Of a stretch of DNA of 64,000 bases, positions 18,276-28,686 are shown piece by piece. Source of the DNA: an uncultured Candidatus Melainabacteria bacterium (GTDB lineage Bacteria > Cyanobacteriota > Vampirovibrionia > Gastranaerophilales > Gastranaerophilaceae); the NCBI GenBank assembly GCA_934691935.1, contig CAKUTH010000001.1, positions 222,967 through 286,966 on the forward strand, written 5' to 3'. The notes under the pieces are model-generated. The model was not told the origin of the DNA. It saw only the letters and a program-made list of their open reading frames with translations, and ran no database searches. The position numbers were made by a program, and so were the translations under genes. The number at the start of each line of letters is the position of its first letter. The first letter of the stretch is position 1.

Positions 18276-18507
18276 ATTTTATCAAGCCCTCCAATAAAAC
18301 ATCAATTTTATTATTTATAGAGAAAATATTTGAAACAAATACAAAATCATAGTACACACCAATAATAGCCAATGGTAATATTTTTATAAGCGATACATTC
18401 ATAAAAAATAAACCAATTATTCCGCCAGTCAAAACCACAACTATTGTGAACAGACTTGCTCTCAATGAAATTAGATTTTTTATTTTTTCTTTATAATACT
18501 CTCTCAT
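18274..18507 (-). CDS. small membrane protein (2 TM)
   Basis: 77 aa, hydrophobic (LFTIVVVLTGGIIGLFFM, ILPLAIIGVYYDFVFV). Confidence 0.4.
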   Translation of the reverse strand: MREYYKEKIKNLISLRASLFTIVVVLTGGIIGLFFMNVSLIKILPLAIIGVYYDFVFVSNIFSINNKIDVLLEGLIK

Positions 18508-18594
18508 ATCATATATTTTACACCATTTTTAATATTTTGCAATAATGTTAAGTAAAATAAAGAAAAGCTCCTAATAAAGGAGCTTATTACGTTA

Positions 18595-18987
18595 TTAAAA
18601 ATCTCTATAATCTTTTGAAATTTCTTTCCACTCGTCCTCGGAAACGCTGAAAGCATTACTCCAAAATTTTTCAATGGCATAAGTTGCACGCTCATCTCGG
18701 TGTAAGATATGCACAATAACATCGCCATAATCAAGCAAATTCCAACGATTTTTCAAATCATTTTCAACCCTTAACGGAGCTCTCTGAAATAAATCTTTAA
18801 TTTTTTCTTTCGTATTATTCATAAGAGCTTTTACTTGCGGGGTGGAATCACCAGTTACGATTACGAAATAATCCGCAAGCGACGAAACATTGCTGATATT
18901 CAATATTGTAATGTCTTTTCCGAGTTTATCATCCAACAAACCTGCAATTACACAAGCTAATTTTTTTGAGCTTAATTCTTCTGTCAT
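18595..18987 (-). CDS. rsfS: ribosomal silencing factor RsfS (Iojap family)
   Basis: 130 aa. DITILNISNVSSLADYFVIVTGDSTPQVKAL ... DYGDVIVHI is the Iojap signature. Confidence 0.85.
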   Translation of the reverse strand: MTEELSSKKLACVIAGLLDDKLGKDITILNISNVSSLADYFVIVTGDSTPQVKALMNNTKEKIKDLFQRAPLRVENDLKNRWNLLDYGDVIVHILHRDERATYAIEKFWSNAFSVSEDEWKEISKDYRDF

Positions 18988-19007
18988 TTTTGTTCCTTTT
19001 TACCAAA

Positions 19008-19442
19008 TTATTCTATCATATCAATTCTGCGTTTATGTCTACCGCCTTCAAAACCTGTTTTTAGCCAAATATCAACAATATCCAAGGCTAAATGTTCGCC
19101 AATAACGCGTTCACCAAGACACAAAATATTTGCGTTGTTATGCGCTCTACAAACTCTAGCCGAATAAGTATCACCGCAAAGAGCCGCTCTAATTCCGCGA
19201 ACTTTGTTCGCTGCAATTGACATTCCAATACCAGTTCCGCAAACCAAAATTCCTCTGTTGAATTCACCTGATGCAACTTTTTTAGCAACTTTTTGAGCTA
19301 TTTCAGGATAATCACAAGATTCTCTTGTATATGTACCAACATCTTCAAACTCAATATTACGAGCTTTCAGATAATCAATAATAGCTTCTTTATAATGAAA
19401 TCCGCCATGGTCAGAACCGATTACAACTTTTAAATCTTCCAT
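19008..19442 (-). CDS. rpiB: ribose-5-phosphate isomerase B (RpiB/LacAB family)
   Basis: 144 aa. IGSDHGG, ILVCGTGIGMSIAANK, CLGERVIG motifs. Confidence 0.9.
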   Translation of the reverse strand: MEDLKVVIGSDHGGFHYKEAIIDYLKARNIEFEDVGTYTRESCDYPEIAQKVAKKVASGEFNRGILVCGTGIGMSIAANKVRGIRAALCGDTYSARVCRAHNNANILCLGERVIGEHLALDIVDIWLKTGFEGGRHKRRIDMIE

Positions 19443-19577
19443 ATAAACACCTCTTTCTGCTATAATACCGCGGAATCTTCACGCGAACTTGAATTAATTA
19501 TACACGATTTTTTTACAATTTTCAACCACTTATAAAAAAGAATTTTATCTTGCATGTTTTTGTGATATAAAGATTTT

Positions 19578-20306
19578 ATGATTGAATTTTTAGGGTTATG
19601 CGTTCAAAACTTAATAAAGAGTATAAAATACCTTTTTCAGGTCAGGTTTTCAGCGGTTCTGGCGCAAGCAGCGTCTATCAGTTATGATTCATTACCAATA
19701 TCATTGATAATAGCGTTTATTGCATCAGCCGTTATTGCAATCCAAGTTTCAAAACAATTTTTGATGAGTGGTGCAGAAGCCTATATTGGCGGGACTATTG
19801 CAGTCGTTATGATTAGAGAAATCGCCCCTGGATTTGTAGCTTTGGCAATCGGAGCAAGAGCGGGTACCGCAATTTCGGCAGAAATAGCTAATATGCAAGT
19901 TACAAGCCAAGTAGATGCCATGAAAACCCTAAAAGTTGACCCTGTAGGTTATTATTTTACACCGAGATTACTTGCCTCTACAATAACAGTTCCAATGGTA
20001 GTTTTGTTGGCGGAATTTATCGGGATTGTAGGCGGAATGTTTGTTTCACAAGCAACTATTGACTTGCACCCTGCAAGATATATGCATTCGGCGTGGCTTT
20101 GGATTTCAACAAGAGATATTTACATAAGTCTTTTTAAATCAGCCATATTCGGTTGTTTAATCGCACTTGTTTGCGCGACACAAGGCTATAGCACAAAAGG
20201 CGGTGCCAAAGAAGTTGGAATGTCTACAACGCAGGCTGCAATCCTTTCAACAGTTTATATGTTAATCGCAGACTTCTTAATCAATTTGGTCTTTTACATA
20301 CTTTAA
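19578..20306 (+). CDS. MlaE/YrbE-family ABC transporter permease
   Basis: 242 aa. Permease signature IREIAPGFVALAIGARAGTAISAEIANMQVTSQVDAM. Confidence 0.75.
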   Translation: MIEFLGLCVQNLIKSIKYLFQVRFSAVLAQAASISYDSLPISLIIAFIASAVIAIQVSKQFLMSGAEAYIGGTIAVVMIREIAPGFVALAIGARAGTAISAEIANMQVTSQVDAMKTLKVDPVGYYFTPRLLASTITVPMVVLLAEFIGIVGGMFVSQATIDLHPARYMHSAWLWISTRDIYISLFKSAIFGCLIALVCATQGYSTKGGAKEVGMSTTQAAILSTVYMLIADFLINLVFYIL

Positions 20307-20311
20307 GCCAA

Positions 20312-21694
20312 TTAGACCAAATATTTTTGCACTGTTTCTTTAGAGAACACTTCAATACTATCTTGTGAATGGATGAATATTAGGCAGGATATAATTGATT
20401 TAAGCGTTTCAAAATCCGAAAAAGATAATTTATATCTCAAATCTTCCATATTATTTGCCAAAAATTCCATGATAATAGTTTTGTTATCAAACACAAGGCT
20501 TGAAAAATAATCAAACGAATCCTTTGTCTTTATCCCTTCAAGATAAATAATATCTGGCGACTGGAATTCGATAAAGCGCGAAGCTTTGTCCATATTAAAC
20601 CCGACATTTTCATTCAATTCGCACTGATGAACATTTTTCAAATTGTATTTAGCAATACTTTCAAGCGTCATGACATTTTTATTTTGATTAGCACATTCTA
20701 AAAGCAAAGAATAAATAATATGGGTTTTTCCACTCAACGGAGAACCACAAACAATAATTATTCCAGGATTATTTAGTGCTGATTTTATTACATTCAAATT
20801 ATTTTCAGATTTAATAATTTTATCAAGTTGTCTTGGCGGTTTGTATATTTTTAAGAAAATTCTTTCGCCCATAATTGTAGGGAACGTAGAAATACTTACG
20901 ATAATATTTATATCATCAACTTTAAAACTCAATTTGCCAAGTTGCGGGACTTCGCTGACAGAAGCATCCAACTCTGCAAGTGTTTTTAATTTTGCAGTAA
21001 AAGATGTCGCAAGAACATGCGGAATATTACCTTTATTCAAGATTTCCCCATCTTTTTTGAAATTAACAGCTAAGCCATCATCTTCATGCCTGAAAGTAAC
21101 CTCATGAACATTTTCTAAAATTGCTTGCTTAAGGATGGCACGAATAATTTTTTGAATATGGGCATCGGACAAATCTTCATTATGCAATTCATCACGCCAA
21201 TCATAGTCAACGTCATTGTTTGTAAAGATTTCACCGACATTTTCGTCATCTTTGTAGTATTCATTAATTTTTTTGAGAATATTACTTTCTGATGAAATAA
21301 CTGGCTCAATTGAGCATTCTGCGGTTTCAACAACCTTATCAATTGCGAACAAATCCAACGGGTCAGCCATTGCCACCGTCAAAGTATCTTCAATTTTAAA
21401 AAGCGGAATAATTTTATATCTTTTGGCATCTATTGCACTAATATATTTCAGGCATTTGGGATCAAGCGTGTAATCCTCAAGATTTACATACGGAATGTGC
21501 AACTTAGCTTCTAAAAATTTTAGAATATCATTTTCAGACAAAACACCAGAGTTTATCAATGCTTGCCCAATATTAATATTTTGCGCAGTTGCAATCTCTT
21601 GAGCTTGCTCTATAGTTTCGTAAGGCACAAGCCCAGCTCTTACAAGGTCATATTTTAATTTTTCAAGAGTTTTATTAGTTACTGTAGTTTCCAT
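20312..21694 (-). CDS. PilB/GspE-like secretion ATPase, short form (T2SSE_N domain + Walker-A ATPase core)
   Basis: 460 aa. N-terminal GSPII_E_N-type domain. Walker A CGSPLSGKT and Asp box SPDIIYLEGI. Lacks the extended C-terminal region of canonical PilB. Confidence 0.6.
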   Translation of the reverse strand: METTVTNKTLEKLKYDLVRAGLVPYETIEQAQEIATAQNINIGQALINSGVLSENDILKFLEAKLHIPYVNLEDYTLDPKCLKYISAIDAKRYKIIPLFKIEDTLTVAMADPLDLFAIDKVVETAECSIEPVISSESNILKKINEYYKDDENVGEIFTNNDVDYDWRDELHNEDLSDAHIQKIIRAILKQAILENVHEVTFRHEDDGLAVNFKKDGEILNKGNIPHVLATSFTAKLKTLAELDASVSEVPQLGKLSFKVDDINIIVSISTFPTIMGERIFLKIYKPPRQLDKIIKSENNLNVIKSALNNPGIIIVCGSPLSGKTHIIYSLLLECANQNKNVMTLESIAKYNLKNVHQCELNENVGFNMDKASRFIEFQSPDIIYLEGIKTKDSFDYFSSLVFDNKTIIMEFLANNMEDLRYKLSFSDFETLKSIISCLIFIHSQDSIEVFSKETVQKYLV

Positions 21695-21696
21695 AA

Positions 21697-22059
21697 TTAT
21701 TTTAAATATTTTTCTGCTATTCTAACGACTTCATCTAAATCAAACGGTTTTGTAATATATTCATCTGCACCAGTTTCTTCCCCAATAAGTTTATCTTCTT
21801 CTTGGGAACGCGCAGTTACCATCAAAATCGGAATATTTTTATATTTCGCATCATACTTTAGCAATCTGCAAATTTTATAACCATTCATTTTTGGCATCAT
21901 AACATCGAGGATTATCAAATCTGGCACAAGCTCTTTTGCAAGGCGCAAACCATCTTCGCCGTTATATGCACAATAACAAGTAAAATTAGCACTTTCAAGT
22001 ACAAACTTTAAACTTTCTACAATATCTTGTTCGTCATCTACAATTAAGATTTTTTTCAT
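21697..22059 (-). CDS. stand-alone response-regulator receiver (CheY-like) protein
   Basis: 120 aa. ILIVDDE ... LIILDVMMP ... KPF receiver motifs. 2-nt gap to the downstream ATPase gene. Confidence 0.85.
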   Translation of the reverse strand: MKKILIVDDEQDIVESLKFVLESANFTCYCAYNGEDGLRLAKELVPDLIILDVMMPKMNGYKICRLLKYDAKYKNIPILMVTARSQEEDKLIGEETGADEYITKPFDLDEVVRIAEKYLK

Positions 22060-22202
22060 ATTCTCCCCTTCAGTTACATTATATCATATCAGGGAACTTC
22101 TTCTAGTATTTTTAATATTTGTTAATATTTCACAAAAATTTGTCAATAAAGTTTATTCACAAGTGTTGTGTCAATAGTGTAAAAATTTTGAAAGGTAAAA
22201 AT

Positions 22203-23021
22203 ATGGGAATCCTCAACAATGTAACAAAAACAATCGAACCGATGTTTAGATTTAGCGATTGGGAAACAATGGGGGCTCACGTAAGAGCACAAGATACCAG
22301 AACGACAGAACAATTATTGGCAAATATTGATTATTTTGCAGAAAAATTACCTGAAGTAGCAAAATTCAAAAAAGAATTAAAAGCAATGTCACCAGAACAT
22401 TTAGGTTTAGCATCCGATATTTGTGAATTAGGAACTCGCCACGAAAAAATAGCTACCCATATTGACATTAGAAAAACAGCTCCAAACAAAAAAAGTTTGT
22501 TGGAATTTTTGATAGAAAAACTTCCGATAGCATCAAAAGAAAACCCAGAAGCCCTAAACTTTTCAAAAGAAGTTATCAACAATACAGATACTATAGCTTC
22601 TAAATACTTTTTAAGCTCATTTGCACCAATATTTGAACATCCAGAGGCTAGCAAACACTTGAGTGCAACCAAACCTTTGGTAAAAGACATTGCAGAAGCA
22701 ACACTTCAAGGCGGTTTCAGAATGGATTTTGAAAAAGAAAATAACTTCGTAAATTCATTATGGCAATTCATAAACCCGAAAGTTAACCCTGAAAATATTG
22801 AGGTTCTTGATAAAACTCTAAAAACAGTTAAAAATTTGCCAAAATCTTGCGATAAATTAAACTGTATAATCGACAGCGATACTATTATTAACAGCAAAAT
22901 TCATTCTGCTAAAATGAAAGAAAATCTTTCAACATTCACAGAAATCGCAGAAAACTTAAGCAAACAAACAAATGAAGTCAATTTGTCTGATTTTATGACC
23001 AAAAACGTCAATTTGGATTAA
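22203..23021 (+). CDS. hypothetical protein
   Basis: An internal ATG (MGILNN...) with an AAAGG RBS is preferred over the track start at 22119. No recognisable motifs. Confidence 0.4.
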   Translation: MGILNNVTKTIEPMFRFSDWETMGAHVRAQDTRTTEQLLANIDYFAEKLPEVAKFKKELKAMSPEHLGLASDICELGTRHEKIATHIDIRKTAPNKKSLLEFLIEKLPIASKENPEALNFSKEVINNTDTIASKYFLSSFAPIFEHPEASKHLSATKPLVKDIAEATLQGGFRMDFEKENNFVNSLWQFINPKVNPENIEVLDKTLKTVKNLPKSCDKLNCIIDSDTIINSKIHSAKMKENLSTFTEIAENLSKQTNEVNLSDFMTKNVNLD

Positions 23022-24672
23022 CTGGGATAACAAAATAGAACTTTGAACCCTTATTTAGTTCACTGTCACACCAAATTGCACCTTTATGGGCATCCAAAAG
23101 TTGTTTTGCTATAGGTAAACCTAATCCTGTACCGCCAGCTTTTCGAGATAGTGAATTCTCTATCTGTGCAAATTTGTCAAATGCACGTAGCAAGTCTTTG
23201 TGCGCTATACCAATTCCTTCATCAGCTACGCAAACCTGCACATAATCACCTGACAAATTCTTAATTTCAGGTTTAAAAGTATCGTTAATTTTCAAATCAA
23301 CTGCATTTACAAGTTTTGAAGAAATTGTGATAGTCTTGCCTTCTGTCGTAAATTTAATCGCATTAGAAACAAGGTTTGTAAGCACTTGTTCCAATCTTTG
23401 AGAATCTATATTTGTATCAGGCAAATCCTTGGACTCATCTGTTACCAAAGTCAAACCTTTGGATTTTGCAACTTCTGACAACGCTGTTTTTACATAGCCT
23501 ATAACTGTATTGATATTTGCTGGTGCAAATTTAAAATCCATTTTTCCAGCTTCAACTTTAGATAAATCAAGAAGGTCATTTATAATTCCAGATAATCTTT
23601 GAACATTACGCTTTGCCATTCCAAAAAACTTTTCGGCAGATGATGTGACTTCACCACACCTGCCACCTGATAAAATATCAAGCGAATTCTTGATAGATGT
23701 TAAAGGTGTTCTCAGTTCATGCGAAACTATTGAGATAAATTCCGATTTTAAACGCTCTAATTTTTCCAGTTTTGCGTTTGTTTCAATAAGCTCTTGATAC
23801 AAAGTAGCACTTTTTAGGGGCAACGCTACCTGTTGCGCAATTGTTTGAAAACAAGTTGCATCATCAGGCGTAAATGAGTTCTCCTTAAAAATTTCAACGA
23901 ACCCGAAATTTGTATCTCCAAGTGAAATTTTGGCTAACATATTATCATATTGAAAAAGAGTGAACGTAAATCTGCTTGCTGGATACTTTATATGTTTTTC
24001 AACCTTCAATGTATCAATATCAAAGGGAATTGGAGTATTTGCAAATACTGAATTAAAATTCAAAATAGTGCGCATTTTTATCGCCGAAATTAGCTCGTCC
24101 GACAATTCATACAAAGAATTTAAAATCAAAACAGGTTCTTCATTGCACAACGAAAGAGTGCTTGTAAGAGAAAAACTCAAAGCCTTATCCATTCCCTCAA
24201 TCATGTATTGAATAAGTTTATTTTTATCCAGTGTTCCTGCAAACTGAGAACTTGTTGAATAAAGAGCATTCAATCTATACAAGCTATCTGCCAAATCTTT
24301 GTTTGAACTTGCTAACATATCAAGTGCATTTTTCATCCTTAAATTTACATTAACAGTGGAAATTATTAAGTCCTCTGCAGTGTTATAAGTTAAAAATGCA
24401 TTTGCGAATTTGCTAAGATCCTTGTCTAACTTATCTTTTACCAAAAAAATCATGACTGTGTTTTCACTAGTTTGTTTGATTTTTTTACTCAATTCCTTCG
24501 CGTTATGAAGATTTGCATCAATGAAAACAATATCTGGTAATGTAACTTTTAGAGCATCGAAAAACAGTGAAGTATCACTCATACTAATGTATTCATAAAT
24601 ACTTTTTGCAAAAATTCCGTCAAATTTTTCAATCTGCTCTTTATTCTCTGATACAAACAAAATCTTAATCAT
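23008..24672 (-). CDS. sensor histidine kinase with N-terminal receiver-like domain
   Basis: 554 aa. H-box ISIVSHELRTPLTSI. N, G1 and G2 boxes (LVSNAIKFT, DEGIGI, GGTGLGLPIAKQL). Confidence 0.8.
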   Translation of the reverse strand: MIKILFVSENKEQIEKFDGIFAKSIYEYISMSDTSLFFDALKVTLPDIVFIDANLHNAKELSKKIKQTSENTVMIFLVKDKLDKDLSKFANAFLTYNTAEDLIISTVNVNLRMKNALDMLASSNKDLADSLYRLNALYSTSSQFAGTLDKNKLIQYMIEGMDKALSFSLTSTLSLCNEEPVLILNSLYELSDELISAIKMRTILNFNSVFANTPIPFDIDTLKVEKHIKYPASRFTFTLFQYDNMLAKISLGDTNFGFVEIFKENSFTPDDATCFQTIAQQVALPLKSATLYQELIETNAKLEKLERLKSEFISIVSHELRTPLTSIKNSLDILSGGRCGEVTSSAEKFFGMAKRNVQRLSGIINDLLDLSKVEAGKMDFKFAPANINTVIGYVKTALSEVAKSKGLTLVTDESKDLPDTNIDSQRLEQVLTNLVSNAIKFTTEGKTITISSKLVNAVDLKINDTFKPEIKNLSGDYVQVCVADEGIGIAHKDLLRAFDKFAQIENSLSRKAGGTGLGLPIAKQLLDAHKGAIWCDSELNKGSKFYFVIPVNPN

Positions 24673-24710
24673 AATATAATTTTAGCAGGAGAAAAGATTA
24701 GGGCAAATTG

Positions 24711-26921
24711 TTAATTTTTCTTTTTAGTTGTTTTATTATGTTTTGCCTTACCATTGTTGCGACGCGGTGCGTTCGGTAACGAATAAGATGTTTGAACACG
24801 TTTCACAGAATAAACATCAGGAATAGCTTGTATACCCAAGATAACTTTTTTTAATGTATCAATGTTATCTAGTTCCAAACCAAGTTCAATAATACCTATC
24901 TTCCCGCTTTTTGATTTAACATTTGCATAAGTAATATTTGTATTGTTATCCGATACAGATGCAACAATGTCTTTCAACAAACCCATTTTCTCTGCAGTTT
25001 CAATTCTAATAGTTGTATTATAGGTTTTATTAACATTGTCCCCAGACCAGCTAATTTGCATTAATCTTTCTGGTTCAATGTGGTCTAATGTTTGACAATC
25101 GACACGATGAACAGTTACCCCTTTTGCACGGGTGACAACACCAACAATAGGCTCTCCAGGAATCGGAGAACAGCATTTAGCTATCGAGTACAAAAGTCCC
25201 TCAAGCCCAATAATATCCTTTTCTGATTTTTTCTTAGCAACACTACCATGGAATTCTGGTGTTCTTTGCACTTCTGACTTTTTAATTTTATTAATTACTT
25301 TATTTACAGTGGTTTCACCATATCCTAAAGCTGCAAACAAATCATCAGTCGACACATAATTCATCTGTTTTGCAATTCTGTCAAACTCTCCACTTTTCAT
25401 GTGTTCATCAAACACAGCTTTTGTTAACTCATGTTCTAAGTTTGAACGCCCTGCATCAATATGTTCTTCTCGATTGTTTTTCTTAAACCACTGTTTTATT
25501 TTTGAAGCTGCCTGCTTTGTTACAACAAAGTTTAACCAATCCAAACGTGGCGCAGGAGTTTTTGAGGTTAAGATTTCAACAATGTCGCCGTTGTGCAATT
25601 TTGTATCAAGTTGCGCAATACGGCCATTAACCAAAGCACCAACGGTTTTGTTACCGACTTCTGAGTGAATTCTGTACGCAAAATCAACAGGAGTAGCGTT
25701 TACAGGCAAATCAAATACATCGCCGTTAGGTGTAAATGCAAAAACTTGATCCGAAAACAAATCTATTTTTACAGAATTTACATAATCCTCAGCCGAAGTA
25801 ACATCCTTATTATATTCAACGAGTTTGCGCATCCACGAGAACTGAACATCCGAAGGGTTATTCGCCTTTTGAGAGCCCTTTTCTTTATATCTCCAGTGCG
25901 CCGCAACCCCATATTCCGCAATTTCATGCATTTCCCAAGTTCTAATTTGAACTTCCAACGGCTTTGAACGAGGTCCAATTACAGAGGTGTGCAAGGATTG
26001 GTAGCCATTGCCCTTTGGCATTGCAATATAATCTTTAAAACGCCCTGGAATTGGCTTAAATTGAGAGTGAATCAATCCCAAAACTTCATAACATTCTTTT
26101 TCGCTATCCACAATTACGCGAACTGCCGTAATATCGTAAAGGTCATGGAATGCTATGTTCAAGCGTTTCATTTTGCTATAAATACTGTAATAGTGCTTTG
26201 CACGACCTGTAATTTGCGCATTTATACCACTTTTCTTTACATCTTGCGAAATCTTATCAATAAGAAGTTTTACCGTTGCTTCTCTTTCAGCTTTTGTCTG
26301 CGCAACCAATTGTGCAATCTCAAAATATTTATCAGGTTCTAAATACCTCAATGATAAATCTTCAAGCTCAGCTTTAATTCTTCCGATACCTAAACGGTTT
26401 GCCAAGGGTGCAAAAATATCAAGAGTTTCACGCGCAATTTTTTGTTGTTTGTTTGCAGCCATAAAGTTTAGGGTTCGCATATTATGTAATCGGTCGGCAA
26501 GTTTTAAAAATACAATTCTGATGTCACTTGCCATTGCGATAAACAAACGCCTAAAGTTTTCAGCTTGACGCTCCTCTTTTGATTTGAATTGCAATTTACC
26601 AAGTTTCGTAACCCCTTGCACCAAAGTCAAAACATCTTTTCCAAAAAGTCGTTCAATTTCTTCAGGTTTTGTATCGGTATCTTCCAAAATATCATGTAAA
26701 AATGCAGCCATAAGTGTATGACTGTCAACTTTTAAGCCAACTAAAATTTTTGCGACCTCGACAGGGTGAATGATATAAGGTTCTTCAGATATTCTGTACT
26801 GTCCTTCGTGAAGCCTTTTGGCAAACAAAAAAGCCTTCTCTATTTCTGCAATCTCATTCTCATCTCTGTTTTGTGCAATTAGTTCTTTTTTTATATCTTC
26901 AAAAAGTGGTTTTTCGCTCAT
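24711..26921 (-). CDS. relA: bifunctional (p)ppGpp synthetase/hydrolase RelA/SpoT
   Basis: 736 aa. HD hydrolase motif (HDILEDT), synthetase domain, TGS and ACT regions in the canonical order. Confidence 0.9.
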   Translation of the reverse strand: MSEKPLFEDIKKELIAQNRDENEIAEIEKAFLFAKRLHEGQYRISEEPYIIHPVEVAKILVGLKVDSHTLMAAFLHDILEDTDTKPEEIERLFGKDVLTLVQGVTKLGKLQFKSKEERQAENFRRLFIAMASDIRIVFLKLADRLHNMRTLNFMAANKQQKIARETLDIFAPLANRLGIGRIKAELEDLSLRYLEPDKYFEIAQLVAQTKAEREATVKLLIDKISQDVKKSGINAQITGRAKHYYSIYSKMKRLNIAFHDLYDITAVRVIVDSEKECYEVLGLIHSQFKPIPGRFKDYIAMPKGNGYQSLHTSVIGPRSKPLEVQIRTWEMHEIAEYGVAAHWRYKEKGSQKANNPSDVQFSWMRKLVEYNKDVTSAEDYVNSVKIDLFSDQVFAFTPNGDVFDLPVNATPVDFAYRIHSEVGNKTVGALVNGRIAQLDTKLHNGDIVEILTSKTPAPRLDWLNFVVTKQAASKIKQWFKKNNREEHIDAGRSNLEHELTKAVFDEHMKSGEFDRIAKQMNYVSTDDLFAALGYGETTVNKVINKIKKSEVQRTPEFHGSVAKKKSEKDIIGLEGLLYSIAKCCSPIPGEPIVGVVTRAKGVTVHRVDCQTLDHIEPERLMQISWSGDNVNKTYNTTIRIETAEKMGLLKDIVASVSDNNTNITYANVKSKSGKIGIIELGLELDNIDTLKKVILGIQAIPDVYSVKRVQTSYSLPNAPRRNNGKAKHNKTTKKKN

Positions 26922-26976
26922 GGTATAATTATCATACAGATTTTTTCAAAATTTTTCAAGTAGGTAAAGGTAAAAA

Positions 26977-27252
26977 ATGCTAAAAGAAACAAAAGACGGT
27001 ATTATTTTGACACTTAGAATTTCTCCAAATGCGTCCAAAAATGAGATTATACAAGAAGATTCAGGGCTAAAAGTTAAAATTACCGCTCAACCAATAGACG
27101 GCAAAGCCAACAAAGCCCTAATAGAATTTTTATCAAAAAATTTCAAAATTCCTAAGTCATATTTCAAGATAATCAGGGGCGAAACCGCTAAAGACAAGAC
27201 AATACTCATCTCTAATACAGATATAGAATATTTGTTAAAATTTATTAAGTGA
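26977..27252 (+). CDS. DUF167 (YggU) family protein
   Basis: 91 aa. LRISPNASKNEI ... AQPIDGKANKALIEFLSK matches the DUF167 pattern. Confidence 0.7.
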   Translation: MLKETKDGIILTLRISPNASKNEIIQEDSGLKVKITAQPIDGKANKALIEFLSKNFKIPKSYFKIIRGETAKDKTILISNTDIEYLLKFIK

Positions 27253-27450
27253 ATACGTATTCTTTAAATCTTCATGGTAAAATACGCGTATGACAATACA
27301 GATTACTTTAAAATTTAAACATCAACATCATAGCGTCCTTGAGGGGCTATGGAGTTGATTGTGTTTTGAAGTTTTAATATTCAATTCAAGAAACTGCCTC
27401 TCAAGGAAAATTTGTGAGGTAGTTTTTTTAGAATTGGAGAAAATAGACAA

Positions 27451-28683
27451 ATGGCATTAGCAAATATAATTTCAGCTATTGGAAATAATAGCAGTGTATA
27501 CCCCCTCATAGTCCGCGATTGTGGCATCGAAGTCCCTACAAAAATAGCCCTTACTTATTATCAAAATAAGCAAGAGTCTAAAGAGATTGCGTATCTCGGA
27601 GCTAGAGAAAGATTTATTGATGAATACTCATCCTCAGCAGTTTGGCTTGGTGGAATTCCTTTGGTCGGCTGGATGTGCGACAAATTAATACAAGCAAAAG
27701 GTTTCAATTCAAAAGTAAATCTCAAATTATTTAACGCGAAATCAGATTTACAAGGTATTGACTATAATATTAAAAAATTCAAAGATATTGCTCCAGATGC
27801 AGTAAAAGACTTGGTTAAAGCAAAAGAAAATAAAAAACTTTACGAAAAACTACTCGCTGGCAAATTTATTGCTTCTACTGGTATTCCGATTTTATTTATG
27901 GGATTTATTCTCCCTAAATTAGTTTTTGCATCGTCTGCTAAAAAAATTGAAGCACTTAGAAAAAAAGAAGCTGAGAAAAAACAGGCTAACTTTGTGCAAA
28001 AAGATAAGTTTATAAACTTTACTGGTGCAAACTGGGTGCAAAAAATAGCAAATTTTTCAGCGCAAGACAAAATGGCTGTAACCGACGGTGGATATTCAAT
28101 CGGCAGAGTTGCAACAGCACGCAATAAAAATGAAACAATTGATATTTCTTTCAAAATGGCAGGTATGATGTTTTTGAACTATGTCGCGCCAAAATGGATT
28201 GAAAAAGGCTTAAACAAACTTACAGGTGTAGAACTCGACCCAATTATCCTTGCTGATGAAGATTTTTTATCTAAAATAAATAAAAACACTCTAAAATTAC
28301 CAAAAACTGACAGCGCAAAGGATTTGTTTGACTTCATTGACGATATTAAAAACAAGGATACATTATTTATAAAATATGCAAAGAAGTTTGAAAAAATCAC
28401 GATGCTTGATGACAACATCAGAGATCCTCGCGCATTTGTTGATACAGAAGCACTTGGAAAATTCAGAAACGATTTAGAAAAATTTGCCAAAAAAGTAAAA
28501 CTTGGCGGAGAAGGTGTCTTAAAAAAAGCGAAATTTGCAAAATCAGCCAACATTTTAACAAACATTACCTTAAGTAGTTTCTTGCTTGCTTATGCACTTC
28601 CAAAAGCTCAATTCGCATTTAGAAAACTTGTTACTGGTTCTGATTTAGAACCAGGACTTGCACCAGCTAAAAAAAATATTTAA
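27451..28683 (+). CDS. hypothetical Lys-rich protein with two hydrophobic segments
   Basis: 410 aa. No recognisable domain. Preceded by a 198-bp leader containing palindromes. Confidence 0.45.
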   Translation: MALANIISAIGNNSSVYPLIVRDCGIEVPTKIALTYYQNKQESKEIAYLGARERFIDEYSSSAVWLGGIPLVGWMCDKLIQAKGFNSKVNLKLFNAKSDLQGIDYNIKKFKDIAPDAVKDLVKAKENKKLYEKLLAGKFIASTGIPILFMGFILPKLVFASSAKKIEALRKKEAEKKQANFVQKDKFINFTGANWVQKIANFSAQDKMAVTDGGYSIGRVATARNKNETIDISFKMAGMMFLNYVAPKWIEKGLNKLTGVELDPIILADEDFLSKINKNTLKLPKTDSAKDLFDFIDDIKNKDTLFIKYAKKFEKITMLDDNIRDPRAFVDTEALGKFRNDLEKFAKKVKLGGEGVLKKAKFAKSANILTNITLSSFLLAYALPKAQFAFRKLVTGSDLEPGLAPAKKNI

Positions 28684-28686
28684 CGA

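Noticed and set aside
18504-18734. 76-aa minus-strand ORF overlapping rsfS
   Set aside because: It overlaps the 5' part of the well-supported rsfS frame out of phase. Considered spurious.
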